The translations under genes and the position numbers were made by a program. The notes beneath the pieces are model-generated. The model saw nothing but the letters and a program-made list of their open reading frames with translations. It was not told where the DNA came from and did not search any database. From positions 1-42,287 of the forward strand of contig JBIJDE010000002.1 in the NCBI GenBank assembly GCA_044344305.1: 42,287 nt of DNA, given 5' to 3'. Of this stretch, positions 24,729 to 33,147 are shown one piece after another (position 1 is the first letter of the stretch; every line of letters begins with the position of its first letter). This stretch comes from Armatimonadota bacterium. Its GTDB lineage: Bacteria; Armatimonadota; Hebobacteria; CAIYQO01.

Positions 24729-26537
24729 ATGGCTACAATTAATTTGACGATAAACGGAAAAGCCTGCGCTGCTGAAAGCGGACTTTCTATATTGGAAGCG
24801 GCTAAGCATAACAATATTAAAATCCCGAATTTCTGTTACCTGGAAGGCATTCACCAAGTAGGTGCTTGCCGGGTTTGTGTGGTAGAGATTGAAGGCGCGC
24901 GCACTCTGCAGGCATCATGCCTGGTAGAGATTAAAGAAGGCATGGTGGTGCGGACCAATACAGAAAAGGTTCGCAAAGCCCGCAAAGTTCTTTACGAATT
25001 GATGCTTTCCGACCATCCCCGCAACTGCCTCAGTTGCTCGCGCAACCAGAAATGCGAGTTTCAGGAATTAGGCGAACTGATGCAAATCGGTGAGTCGCGT
25101 TTTGACGATTGCGAACCGGCACAGCGCGTTCCTGATACATCTTCACCATCAATCGTTCGCGATATGACGAAATGTATCCTCTGCCGCCGATGTATCACCA
25201 TCTGCAATCAAGTACAAGGCGTTGGCGTGCTAAATGTTTCTCATCGCGGTATAAAAACCACCGTTGGTCCGGCTGATGATTTGGCACTTAACAGCGTAAA
25301 TTGCGCGTTATGCGGTCAATGCACCGCCGTTTGTCCGGTAGGCGCACTCACCGAGGCAGACGCAACCGCCGCTGTATGGAATGCCCTGCAAGACCCGACC
25401 AAGCGAGTAATGGTACAGACCGCACCAGCAATCCGCGCGGCACTGGGCGAGGAGTTCGGTTACGAACCCGGCACACTGGTGACTGGCAAAATGGCATCAG
25501 CATTGCGCGATATGGGTTTTGATGATGTCTTTGATACTAACTTCGCCGCCGACCTTACCATTATCGAGGAAGGCAACGAGTTCTTACAACGCGTCACCGC
25601 AGCCCTTACCGGTGGTAAAGCGGTATTGCCGATGATTACTTCCTGCTCACCGGGTTGGATCAAATATGTTGAACACGAATTCCCTGAACAGCTTGGTCAT
25701 TTGTCCAGTTGCAAATCCCCGCACATGATGCTGGGTGCGTTGGCGAAAACATTCTATGCTGACAAAATTGGTGTAGCGGCGAAAGATATCTTTGTGGTAT
25801 CAGTAATGCCGTGTACCGCGAAGAAATTCGAAGTAACCCGCGAAGAGATGTTCATCGATGGACTTCCAAATGTAGACGCCGTACTCACCACCCGTGAATT
25901 GGCGCGCATGATTAAGGAATCCGGCATTGACTTCTGTTCGCTGGAAGATGGCACTTTCGACAATCCACTTGGTTATTCTACCGGTGCTGCCGATATTTTC
26001 GCTGCTCCAGGTGGTGTAATGGAAGCGGCATTGCGTACCGTATACGAAGTTGTAACCGGTCGCGAAATTCCGTTTGCTCATATTGACGTTACTCCGGTAC
26101 GCGGTCTCGCCCAGGTAAAAGAAGCGGCAATAACCATCGAAGACGCCAAGCCTGAATACGCATTCCTGAATGGTGTCACCGTAAGGGTTGCCACCACCAG
26201 CGGTCTGGTAGGTGCGAAAAAGCTGATGCGTCAGATAGCCGACGGAACATCACCATATCATTTCATTGAAGTAATGGGATGCCCCAGCGGTTGTATCAGC
26301 GGCGGCGGCCAGCCTCGTTTAACCAATAACAAAATCCGCCAGGCACGCATGAAAGCTATCTACGCGGAAGACGCCGGCAAAGAACAACGCAAATCCCACG
26401 AAAACCCGTTCATTACACAATTATATACAGACTTCCTGGAAAAACCCCTGGGCCACAAATCCCACGAACTGCTGCATACCCACTACGTAAAACGCGGCAG
26501 AAATAACGAATGCCTGGAAAAGAAGTGTAAAGAGTAA
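24729..26537 (+). CDS. hydA: [FeFe]-hydrogenase catalytic subunit, M3 architecture (2Fe-2S, His-ligated 4Fe-4S, 2x4Fe-4S, H-domain)
   Basis: F-cluster motifs: FCYLEG...GACRVCVVE, HPRNCLSCSRNQKC, CILCRRCITICN, CALCGQCTAVCP. H-cluster motifs: ITSCSPGW (variant L1), VMPCTAKKFE, EVMGCPSGCISGGGQP. The C-terminal tail SHENPFITQLYTDFLEKPLGHKSHELLHTHY is of the small-subunit type. Confidence 0.92.
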   Translation: MATINLTINGKACAAESGLSILEAAKHNNIKIPNFCYLEGIHQVGACRVCVVEIEGARTLQASCLVEIKEGMVVRTNTEKVRKARKVLYELMLSDHPRNCLSCSRNQKCEFQELGELMQIGESRFDDCEPAQRVPDTSSPSIVRDMTKCILCRRCITICNQVQGVGVLNVSHRGIKTTVGPADDLALNSVNCALCGQCTAVCPVGALTEADATAAVWNALQDPTKRVMVQTAPAIRAALGEEFGYEPGTLVTGKMASALRDMGFDDVFDTNFAADLTIIEEGNEFLQRVTAALTGGKAVLPMITSCSPGWIKYVEHEFPEQLGHLSSCKSPHMMLGALAKTFYADKIGVAAKDIFVVSVMPCTAKKFEVTREEMFIDGLPNVDAVLTTRELARMIKESGIDFCSLEDGTFDNPLGYSTGAADIFAAPGGVMEAALRTVYEVVTGREIPFAHIDVTPVRGLAQVKEAAITIEDAKPEYAFLNGVTVRVATTSGLVGAKKLMRQIADGTSPYHFIEVMGCPSGCISGGGQPRLTNNKIRQARMKAIYAEDAGKEQRKSHENPFITQLYTDFLEKPLGHKSHELLHTHYVKRGRNNECLEKKCKE

Positions 26538-26564
26538 AAAGACCATATAGTAGAAACATAGCAT

Positions 26565-26597
26565 GTAGAGACGCAAGATTTTGCGTCTCTACGTTTT
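26565..26597 (+). terminator. Rho-independent-type terminator after hydA (built from the GTAGAGACGCAA repeat family)
   Basis: GTAGAGACGCAA, loop GATT, TTGCGTCTCTAC (12-bp perfect stem), followed by GTTTT. It lies 28 nt after the hydA stop. Confidence 0.65.
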
Positions 26598-26743
26598 AGG
26601 CTAATTTCATGCAATATTAAGTTCCACCTATTTTTTTATTAATTTAAAAAGAGTAAAATAAGTGCCATTGCACTTGTTTTATGGAATAAATAGGTGAAAA
26701 TCTCTATTTTTAGATATTTTTTTGTAGTTTATATGTACTTACA

Positions 26744-26773
26744 TTGACGAAATAGTGTCTGTTTTGCTATACT
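26744..26773 (+). promoter_or_regulatory. Candidate sigma70 promoter with extended -10 for the response-regulator gene
   Basis: TTGACG (26744-26749), 18-nt spacer, TGcTATACT (the -10 hexamer is 26768-26773). It lies about 80 nt upstream of ATG 26853. Confidence 0.5.
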
Positions 26774-26852
26774 CAAAAAGTACCATAGATATATTGATAT
26801 ATTATTTATACCTGAATTTCCCATTGTAGAAATAGTAAAGGGGCGCACAGGC

Positions 26853-27257
26853 ATGCCTAAGAAAATTTTGGCGGTTGATGACGAACGACATATAGTCCGA
26901 TTAATCCAGGTTAATCTGGAAAGAGCTGGTTATACAGTGATAACAGCTTTTGATGGTCGTGAGGCATTAAAGAAAATTGAAGAAGAGCGACCTGACCTGG
27001 TTGTTCTGGACGTGATGATGCCGTTCATGGACGGATTAGAAACGTTAAAGCGTATCCGCGCAAATCCGATGACAAACCGTACCCCGGTTATCATGTTAAC
27101 GGCAAAGGCGCAGGATCAGGATATCTTCACGGGTTATTCAAGCGGTGCGGACATTTATCTGACCAAACCATTTAACCCAATGGAGTTACTGACTTTCGTG
27201 AAGAGAATCTTCACTGAATCAGAGGGGGAAGACGATGGGCACACCTACACAATCTAA
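26853..27257 (+). CDS. Single-domain response regulator (CheY-like receiver)
   Basis: ILAVDDE...DLVVLDVMMPFMDGLETLKRIR...PVIMLTAK...YLTKPF. There is no output domain. Confidence 0.9.
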   Translation: MPKKILAVDDERHIVRLIQVNLERAGYTVITAFDGREALKKIEEERPDLVVLDVMMPFMDGLETLKRIRANPMTNRTPVIMLTAKAQDQDIFTGYSSGADIYLTKPFNPMELLTFVKRIFTESEGEDDGHTYTI

Positions 27258-27459
27258 ATGCAATTGTTGCAACTCCAGTTCAGTAGGAATCATCTTTGGT
27301 GTTGTTGCTTTATTAGGTTTAGCAGCATTGAGTCTGTGGGCTATTAACCGTGCGCCTGCTGCAACTGAAGACCCTGAGTCAAAATCAGATAGATTACTGG
27401 ATGAAATCGAACATAGATTGAAACAGTTATCTGAATACCAGCAGCAAATGGATAAATAA
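27235..27459 (+). CDS. Small single-pass membrane protein (74 aa): Cys-rich N-terminus, C-terminal coiled-coil-like tail
   Basis: GAGGGGGA lies just upstream of ATG 27235. The ORF overlaps the receiver gene's 3' end by 23 nt. It has CNCC, then TM VGIIFGVVALLGLAALSLWAI, then a charged helical tail. A hairpin follows. Support is ORF and RBS only. Confidence 0.45.
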   Translation: MGTPTQSKCNCCNSSSVGIIFGVVALLGLAALSLWAINRAPAATEDPESKSDRLLDEIEHRLKQLSEYQQQMDK

Positions 27460-27482
27460 TCAGTAGTTATTAAACTCTATAT

Positions 27483-27508
27483 GCGGGACAGGGAAATTCC
27501 TGTCCCGC
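27483..27508 (+). other. GC-rich stem-loop between the small ORF and the TamB-like gene
   Basis: GCGGGACAGG (27483-27492) pairs with CCTGTCCCGC (27499-27508). With no U-tract, it may be a terminator, attenuator or stability element. Confidence 0.45.
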
Positions 27509-27514
27509 AAGACG

Positions 27515-30500
27515 TTGGTAACGATGATTACGATGCATATGGCGAAAAACAGAAAAAAACGCAAAATTAGCAGCTTATCAGCATTTTTTAGACAGCTATT
27601 TTTTCTGCTGTTGCGGCCTGCCGTAATCTTACCAGCCCTTCTTTTAGTATTAATCCATTCCTTCAGCCATGTAAACTTCAATGAATTAGCGCGTCGAATT
27701 GCAATATATCACCTGTCAATCGCAACAGGTTGGGATGTTAATATCGGCAGAATTGACTTCAGTAAAAAAGGCATCATTGTAATAAACAAGTTCAAAGCTC
27801 ATGATGCGGTTGATGATGTCGTTTCAATCCAGAAGATCATTGTAAAGTATGATTTAAACGCTTTATTGGCTAACCCAGGTGCACCGGTGTCGGCAATTAC
27901 CGCTATTGATGTTAATGTGCCTCAATTAATAGTGAGACGCAATAGAACAGGAAAGTGGAATTTTGACCATTTGATTAAGAAAAAACCGCAGAAACCAACT
28001 TTAACAGAAGATAAATTGCAGGCGGAAATAACCGTTACCGGCGGAAATCTGATATATACAGATGCAAAAGGCTGGCCGGGAATTCCTCCGCATAATGAAG
28101 AGTTAAAAGATATTAATATTGTGGTTACTCCTACCCGTACCGGTGCTATGCCATTTCAATTATCTGCCTACGACGCTACAAAAAAGCTTAAGAAAATTAC
28201 TGCTGGCGGTACCGTTAATCTTGATACTGGCGGTATGCTGATTCGCACTGACGCATATGGGATTGATATAAATAGAGTTGTGAAAATGCTGCCGGTAAAA
28301 TTACCGGTAAAAATTGAAAGCGGCACTATTGATGCAAGATTGCAATTGGCTATAGACGAAAAAGGGTCGCCGATGATTGCAGCAGTGGTAGATGTGAAAA
28401 ATCTACGCGGAATAGCCAATAGTATGGGGATGAAGCTGCCATTTGAAATAAAATACGGTAATCTGGATCTGAATGAAAATAGCGTAAATATCGCTGGTTT
28501 GGATGTTAGAATAGCACAAACAAACTTAAAATTATCCGGTACAGTGACAGATTTTAAAAATCCTGTTTATAATTTGCATCTGACCGGCAGCAAAATAAAC
28601 CCGTTAACTCTGGTCCATTTTAGCCGTGATTTGCAAAACTTGAAATTCCGCTGGTCTGGCGATTTAAACCTGGATGCTGATATTATTGGAACCGCTTCAT
28701 CTCCGGCTTTGCGCGCTAAATTATCGGGGATAAATATTGGCACCAACTTTGGGGATTTCAGCAAAATTGCTGGTGAAATTCGTTATGCCGATGATATTAT
28801 TACAGTAAGCAAGATTAATATGAACGTATTTGGAGGTTCTATCAGCGGAGATTTGTGGATAAATGGCGGCAAACAACCCAATAAACAACACACCATAGCA
28901 GTATTGCGAGGTCATGTTGATAATATAAAACCTGGATTGATTCAACAAAGATATGTTAAGATATCACCACCTAAATCGTTGAAATATATATTGCCGAATT
29001 ATGGCCGAATTACTGGTAATGTAAGTGGTAAAATTGCGCTAAAAGTATCATGTGACTACAGAAAAGGCCCAACGCGGGCGGAGATTTTGACGGATTTACG
29101 CGGTCAAATGGGTGTGATTTTGCCGGTACCATTACAAGGTGACTTTGCTATGGCTGGCAAGGTATTAATTGTTGACGATAAAGAAACTACCGTAGCGGCA
29201 TCATTGTCACACATGGAAATTGCTACCCCGAACGGAACAGTCAGGGTGTCAGGACGGTTAAAACCGAATAAACAGGTGATTGTTGATGTTCAGGCTTCTG
29301 CGTTGAATCTGGAATTAGTACGATCATTCACCAATGTGAAAGATGTGTCTGGTAAAGTTTATCTATCTGGTACAGTAAGTGGGCCTTATTTAAACCCGTC
29401 ATTTGCTGGTAGGCTTCATGTTGAAGATCCACGTGGAATGGGGTATGCCGTTGACGATGTGGTTGGAGATTGTGAATTATCGATGTCACCGGATCGCTTT
29501 ATCTTCAGAAACATGGTTATTTCTGCCAATAACCGGCATATTCGCGGTTCATTTGGAATTATAAATAATAATGGAAAGATAAAAACAAATCTGAGTCTTT
29601 CAATGCCGCGAACATCGATGGGAGAAATCGAGACGATTGCGGGGATTAAAGATAAAATACCTTTTGATGGAGTAATTGAAGGTGAGTGCATATTGCAGGG
29701 GTTGCCGGATAATCCAGAGGGTAAACTCACAATAGTTATGCATCAACCAGAATTATCATTACCGAGTGGAACCACTCTTCATGGTACTAAATTGTCATTG
29801 GACATCGCTCTGAAAGATGGAATTGCAGTTATAAATGATGCATCATGCGATTTGGGAGGAATACCTATTGCGGTGACCGGGCAAATACCAATTCTTAAAA
29901 AAGACGCTAATATTGATTTGACTTGGAAAATACCTACTATCGATCTACGAGATATTGCAGTAATTACCCAAACTGTTATGCCGGACATGCCGGAAAATAT
30001 AAATTTTTTATTGAATAATATAGACCGTTATGCGGTTGGGTCGATCGCGGTTAACGGTAAAATAACATGCGGTATGCCAGATTTTACCGATGAAAAATGG
30101 ACTGCAAAATTTATAAAATCATTGCGAATTGAGACGCAAATGGATGCGCCGGATGGACTGAAAATAGCAGGTATCCCTTATTCGATTTTTAAGTTTGCTG
30201 GTAATTTTTCTGGGAATGATATGCTTTTTACTGCGGATAATTTTGCTTTTGGACGTGACCTTGAAAAAAGCAGATATTTTGTTGAATTAATCACCGATAC
30301 CGGACCGGCAATGTTGAATATATTACCTGGCAATATGCAGGAAATTGATGCTGGATTCAGGATGAAAGCGGAAAATCTGAATCAGGTTCGTCGGGATATA
30401 ATAAAATTAGCTGATGTATTTAAATCTGTCGCTCCTCTGCAGAAATTAGCAGATGGGGTACGGGCAATTCCCACACCATTTTCAGCAATTAGTGATATGA

Positions 30501-32920
30501 CAATTAATATCTCCGGCGCTCTTAGTAGGCCACTGGTAGAAACTAAGCTGAAATTAACAAAAGTGTTGGTGGGAAATATTGACTTGCCGGATATTGATAC
30601 TGCGTTGAGTTATGACGGTGGACCTAATGTGGTTAACGTAGGACACTTGTTGATTTCTGGTCGTGACGATATCAAAGATTTTCCTGAATTGCAAGGTTTA
30701 TCTGTAGAAATGAGTGGTGGTTTAACTTTATCTGGTCGCGGCAGTGAAGCCGGACAAATTAATATGTCAATTGTCGCACAGGAAATTGAGATGTCAGTAA
30801 TTGGGAAATGGCTGCATATTTACGCGTTGCAACAACTGCATGGCAAGGTTAGTATTACTGCGGATATAACATCTGACATGGAAAAACCTAATATGCGGGC
30901 ATCGGTTGATATTGAAAAACCCGAATTTATGGGATACAAATTTGATTCACTATCATCATTCATTGTAACTGTTGACGAAAAAGGAATATGGTTGGGACGC
31001 TGGCACAGCCGAGAAAATGCGCCGGAAAACTTAACACCAGTTAAAACGATTGGCGATAAAGTGATATTTGAAGAAGATGCTGCTAACCTGTCATTTATTT
31101 CCGATAACATTAACCAGGTAGAACCATTACAAATTTATGGATATTTGCCATTTGAATGGGCGGGTCCACTTTTGCCAAGTATTCCCACTGATAAAGATTG
31201 TTACATGGAATTTCGTTTGCCACGACAAGGGTTATCTTGCGCGCGGCCATTTTTGCCAGCAGAAATTCGCAGTATGTTGCCAAAAATAGATTCTGAAGAT
31301 GGCAAGTTAGAAAGCGATTTCACTATTGGCGGTCCGATAAGTAACCCGGTATTGACTGATGGAACTTTGAAATTGCAAATTCCGCTACTTACATTAAAAC
31401 AAACATCCCCCGATTTCCCGGATAAGTTGCGCAGGGTGAATCTGGATGTTGATTTTCATCCGAATACAATAGATAAAACATTAACAGTAATGGAATTACG
31501 GGATTTTTCGGCAGTATTTGATCGTCCTGTTGTTACTAAGAAAGATCCATTTGGGTGGGTTAAAAAATTAGTGGGAATTCGCGAGAAAAAGCTGCCCCCT
31601 TATGGGTCATTAGTAGCAAAAGGAACTGTGCAGATAGATCCTGATAAATTGCAGCGAAATGGTGCATGGATTCCAGCATCTGAGTTTGCAGAAAATCTTC
31701 GTTATGACATTAACCTGCAGACTGTGCGTGCACCCATACGCTGGCGAGAAGCGTTTAACGGTACTGTAACCGCATTCTTGCGTTTGCATAACCGCGTAAT
31801 TAATAATCGTATTCAACCACCGATTTTGGAAGGATTGGCTTACGCGGAAAACTCACGTTTGGGTTACGATAATACGAAAGAATCAAGTGATCCTATTACC
31901 TTGCCAATTAATCCAAATTTATCAATCGCTTTAATTATAGGTGAAGGGAATTCCTTTGATATCGCAATACCTCCAAACATTGCGGCTAAACTGCCATTTG
32001 TTCCTACTAAAATATTACCACCATTGTCACCATTAGATATGGAAATAGCGGCTAAGGGTGAAAAGTTGCCGATTACTAACTCATTTGTGTATGCTATTAA
32101 TTCTGAGGCGATGGCTGATTATGCAGAAAAATACAGTGGCAATGAGACTATCGGTATTGGCACTTATGGTCTTATAACAGGTAAATTGATAAATCCTATT
32201 GTTGATGTAAATTGTTACATTGATTCATCTGACGCTAAAATTCAGTTACCTGGAGGTAATCTGAATATCACCAGTGGTAATGCACGGTTCTATTTTGGTC
32301 AGGATCGCACTCCCAGCCTGGTAACTTCAGCATTAGCTACTGGCCAGGTAGATGAGTTTGCGGTAGAAGCAACTATTAATGGAAACCTATTAAATCCAGA
32401 TATTGCCCAGCAAAACGCTTCGTGGTTGACTGTGCGTACTTCATATTCGCCACCGGGTAGGAATCCGTTAAGCCAGGAAGAGATATATAGCCGGTTATTC
32501 GGACTTACCGATGTTTTGAATATCGTTAATTCAAATAAGGGTGGCGGTGGTGCTGTATTGTCAAAAGTTGGCACAACTATCGCACTCCCACGAGTCGCTG
32601 ATTTGCTTCGCGGTGGCATAAATAGAGCCTTTGGCAGCAAAGTGCTTGAAACTATGAATCTGACGCAAAGTTATGACAAAACCGGAACCCAATTGAGCCA
32701 ATACCCGGCGATGTCAGTAACAACTACCGAATTTGGCAAGACAAAATATTCCTCATTCCGCCTTGGTGCCACCCGCACATTCGTTGATCCTGCCGAGTGG
32801 AAACTATGGATAACTTATCGAGTACCAAATAACAAAGCGTTGAAAAACTTCAGCATAAATGCGGAAACCAATAGTGATCACATAAAGAGAATATCAGCAC
32901 AGTATAAGTTTGATTTTTAG
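27515..32920 (+). CDS. Giant TamB/AsmA-like envelope protein (1801 aa)
   Basis: N-terminal basic stretch plus membrane anchor (LFFLLLRPAVILPALLLVLIHSF). The body is very long, beta-rich and low in Cys. The C-terminus (FRLGATRTF...WKLWITYRV...ISAQYKFDF) ends in an aromatic residue, as in TamB DUF490. The track start is TTG 27515; in-frame ATGs lie at 27524, 27533 and 27539. Confidence 0.75.
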   Translation: MVTMITMHMAKNRKKRKISSLSAFFRQLFFLLLRPAVILPALLLVLIHSFSHVNFNELARRIAIYHLSIATGWDVNIGRIDFSKKGIIVINKFKAHDAVDDVVSIQKIIVKYDLNALLANPGAPVSAITAIDVNVPQLIVRRNRTGKWNFDHLIKKKPQKPTLTEDKLQAEITVTGGNLIYTDAKGWPGIPPHNEELKDINIVVTPTRTGAMPFQLSAYDATKKLKKITAGGTVNLDTGGMLIRTDAYGIDINRVVKMLPVKLPVKIESGTIDARLQLAIDEKGSPMIAAVVDVKNLRGIANSMGMKLPFEIKYGNLDLNENSVNIAGLDVRIAQTNLKLSGTVTDFKNPVYNLHLTGSKINPLTLVHFSRDLQNLKFRWSGDLNLDADIIGTASSPALRAKLSGINIGTNFGDFSKIAGEIRYADDIITVSKINMNVFGGSISGDLWINGGKQPNKQHTIAVLRGHVDNIKPGLIQQRYVKISPPKSLKYILPNYGRITGNVSGKIALKVSCDYRKGPTRAEILTDLRGQMGVILPVPLQGDFAMAGKVLIVDDKETTVAASLSHMEIATPNGTVRVSGRLKPNKQVIVDVQASALNLELVRSFTNVKDVSGKVYLSGTVSGPYLNPSFAGRLHVEDPRGMGYAVDDVVGDCELSMSPDRFIFRNMVISANNRHIRGSFGIINNNGKIKTNLSLSMPRTSMGEIETIAGIKDKIPFDGVIEGECILQGLPDNPEGKLTIVMHQPELSLPSGTTLHGTKLSLDIALKDGIAVINDASCDLGGIPIAVTGQIPILKKDANIDLTWKIPTIDLRDIAVITQTVMPDMPENINFLLNNIDRYAVGSIAVNGKITCGMPDFTDEKWTAKFIKSLRIETQMDAPDGLKIAGIPYSIFKFAGNFSGNDMLFTADNFAFGRDLEKSRYFVELITDTGPAMLNILPGNMQEIDAGFRMKAENLNQVRRDIIKLADVFKSVAPLQKLADGVRAIPTPFSAISDMTINISGALSRPLVETKLKLTKVLVGNIDLPDIDTALSYDGGPNVVNVGHLLISGRDDIKDFPELQGLSVEMSGGLTLSGRGSEAGQINMSIVAQEIEMSVIGKWLHIYALQQLHGKVSITADITSDMEKPNMRASVDIEKPEFMGYKFDSLSSFIVTVDEKGIWLGRWHSRENAPENLTPVKTIGDKVIFEEDAANLSFISDNINQVEPLQIYGYLPFEWAGPLLPSIPTDKDCYMEFRLPRQGLSCARPFLPAEIRSMLPKIDSEDGKLESDFTIGGPISNPVLTDGTLKLQIPLLTLKQTSPDFPDKLRRVNLDVDFHPNTIDKTLTVMELRDFSAVFDRPVVTKKDPFGWVKKLVGIREKKLPPYGSLVAKGTVQIDPDKLQRNGAWIPASEFAENLRYDINLQTVRAPIRWREAFNGTVTAFLRLHNRVINNRIQPPILEGLAYAENSRLGYDNTKESSDPITLPINPNLSIALIIGEGNSFDIAIPPNIAAKLPFVPTKILPPLSPLDMEIAAKGEKLPITNSFVYAINSEAMADYAEKYSGNETIGIGTYGLITGKLINPIVDVNCYIDSSDAKIQLPGGNLNITSGNARFYFGQDRTPSLVTSALATGQVDEFAVEATINGNLLNPDIAQQNASWLTVRTSYSPPGRNPLSQEEIYSRLFGLTDVLNIVNSNKGGGGAVLSKVGTTIALPRVADLLRGGINRAFGSKVLETMNLTQSYDKTGTQLSQYPAMSVTTTEFGKTKYSSFRLGATRTFVDPAEWKLWITYRVPNNKALKNFSINAETNSDHIKRISAQYKFDF

Positions 32921-32938
32921 AGGGAAAGGGGTTAGTCA

Positions 32939-32967
32939 GTTAGCAACAAATTCGAATAAAAAAGTCA
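32939..32967. repeat. Second copy of the GTTAGCAA(Y)AAATTCGAATAAAAAAGTCA box
   Basis: GTTAGCAACAAATTCGAATAAAAAAGTCA begins 19 nt after the TamB-like stop. Confidence 0.75.
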
Positions 32968-32980
32968 GGATTTTAATAAT

Positions 32981-33042
32981 GGTCACTTCGACAGGCTCAG
33001 TGACCGTATTTTCTACCGGTCACTGAGCTTGTCGAAGTGACC
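32981..33042. repeat. Hairpin with 25-nt arms built from the GGTCACTTCGACA(R)GCTCAGTGACC unit
   Basis: GGTCACTTCGACAGGCTCAGTGACC (32981-33005) pairs with GGTCACTGAGCTTGTCGAAGTGACC (33018-33042). There is one G-T position and a 12-nt loop. Confidence 0.8.
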
Positions 33043-33046
33043 CTAT

Positions 33047-33086
33047 CTGAAAACCTAAAACTGAAAACTTGTCCAATTTATTTGGG
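33047..33086. repeat. Heptamers (CTGAAAA / CCTAAAA) followed by the CTTGTCCAATTTATTTGGG box
   Basis: CTGAAAACCTAAAACTGAAAA is followed by CTTGTCCAATTTATTTGGG (33068-33086). The box recurs inverted at 38478-38496 and in degenerate form at 11633-11650. Confidence 0.8.
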
Positions 33087-33147
33087 ATAGGTGTTAGTAC
33101 CTTAACAGCTAATAATGTTGAAATAAAACAAGTCTTTGTAAGTATTA

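Noticed and set aside
26660-26675. 16-bp palindrome AAGTGCCATTGCACTT and flanking CACCTATTT/AAATAGGTG inverted repeat upstream of the receiver promoter
   Set aside because: This is a single occurrence in an AT-rich region, with no second copy in the window and no link to a known operator family. It is noted but too weak to call.
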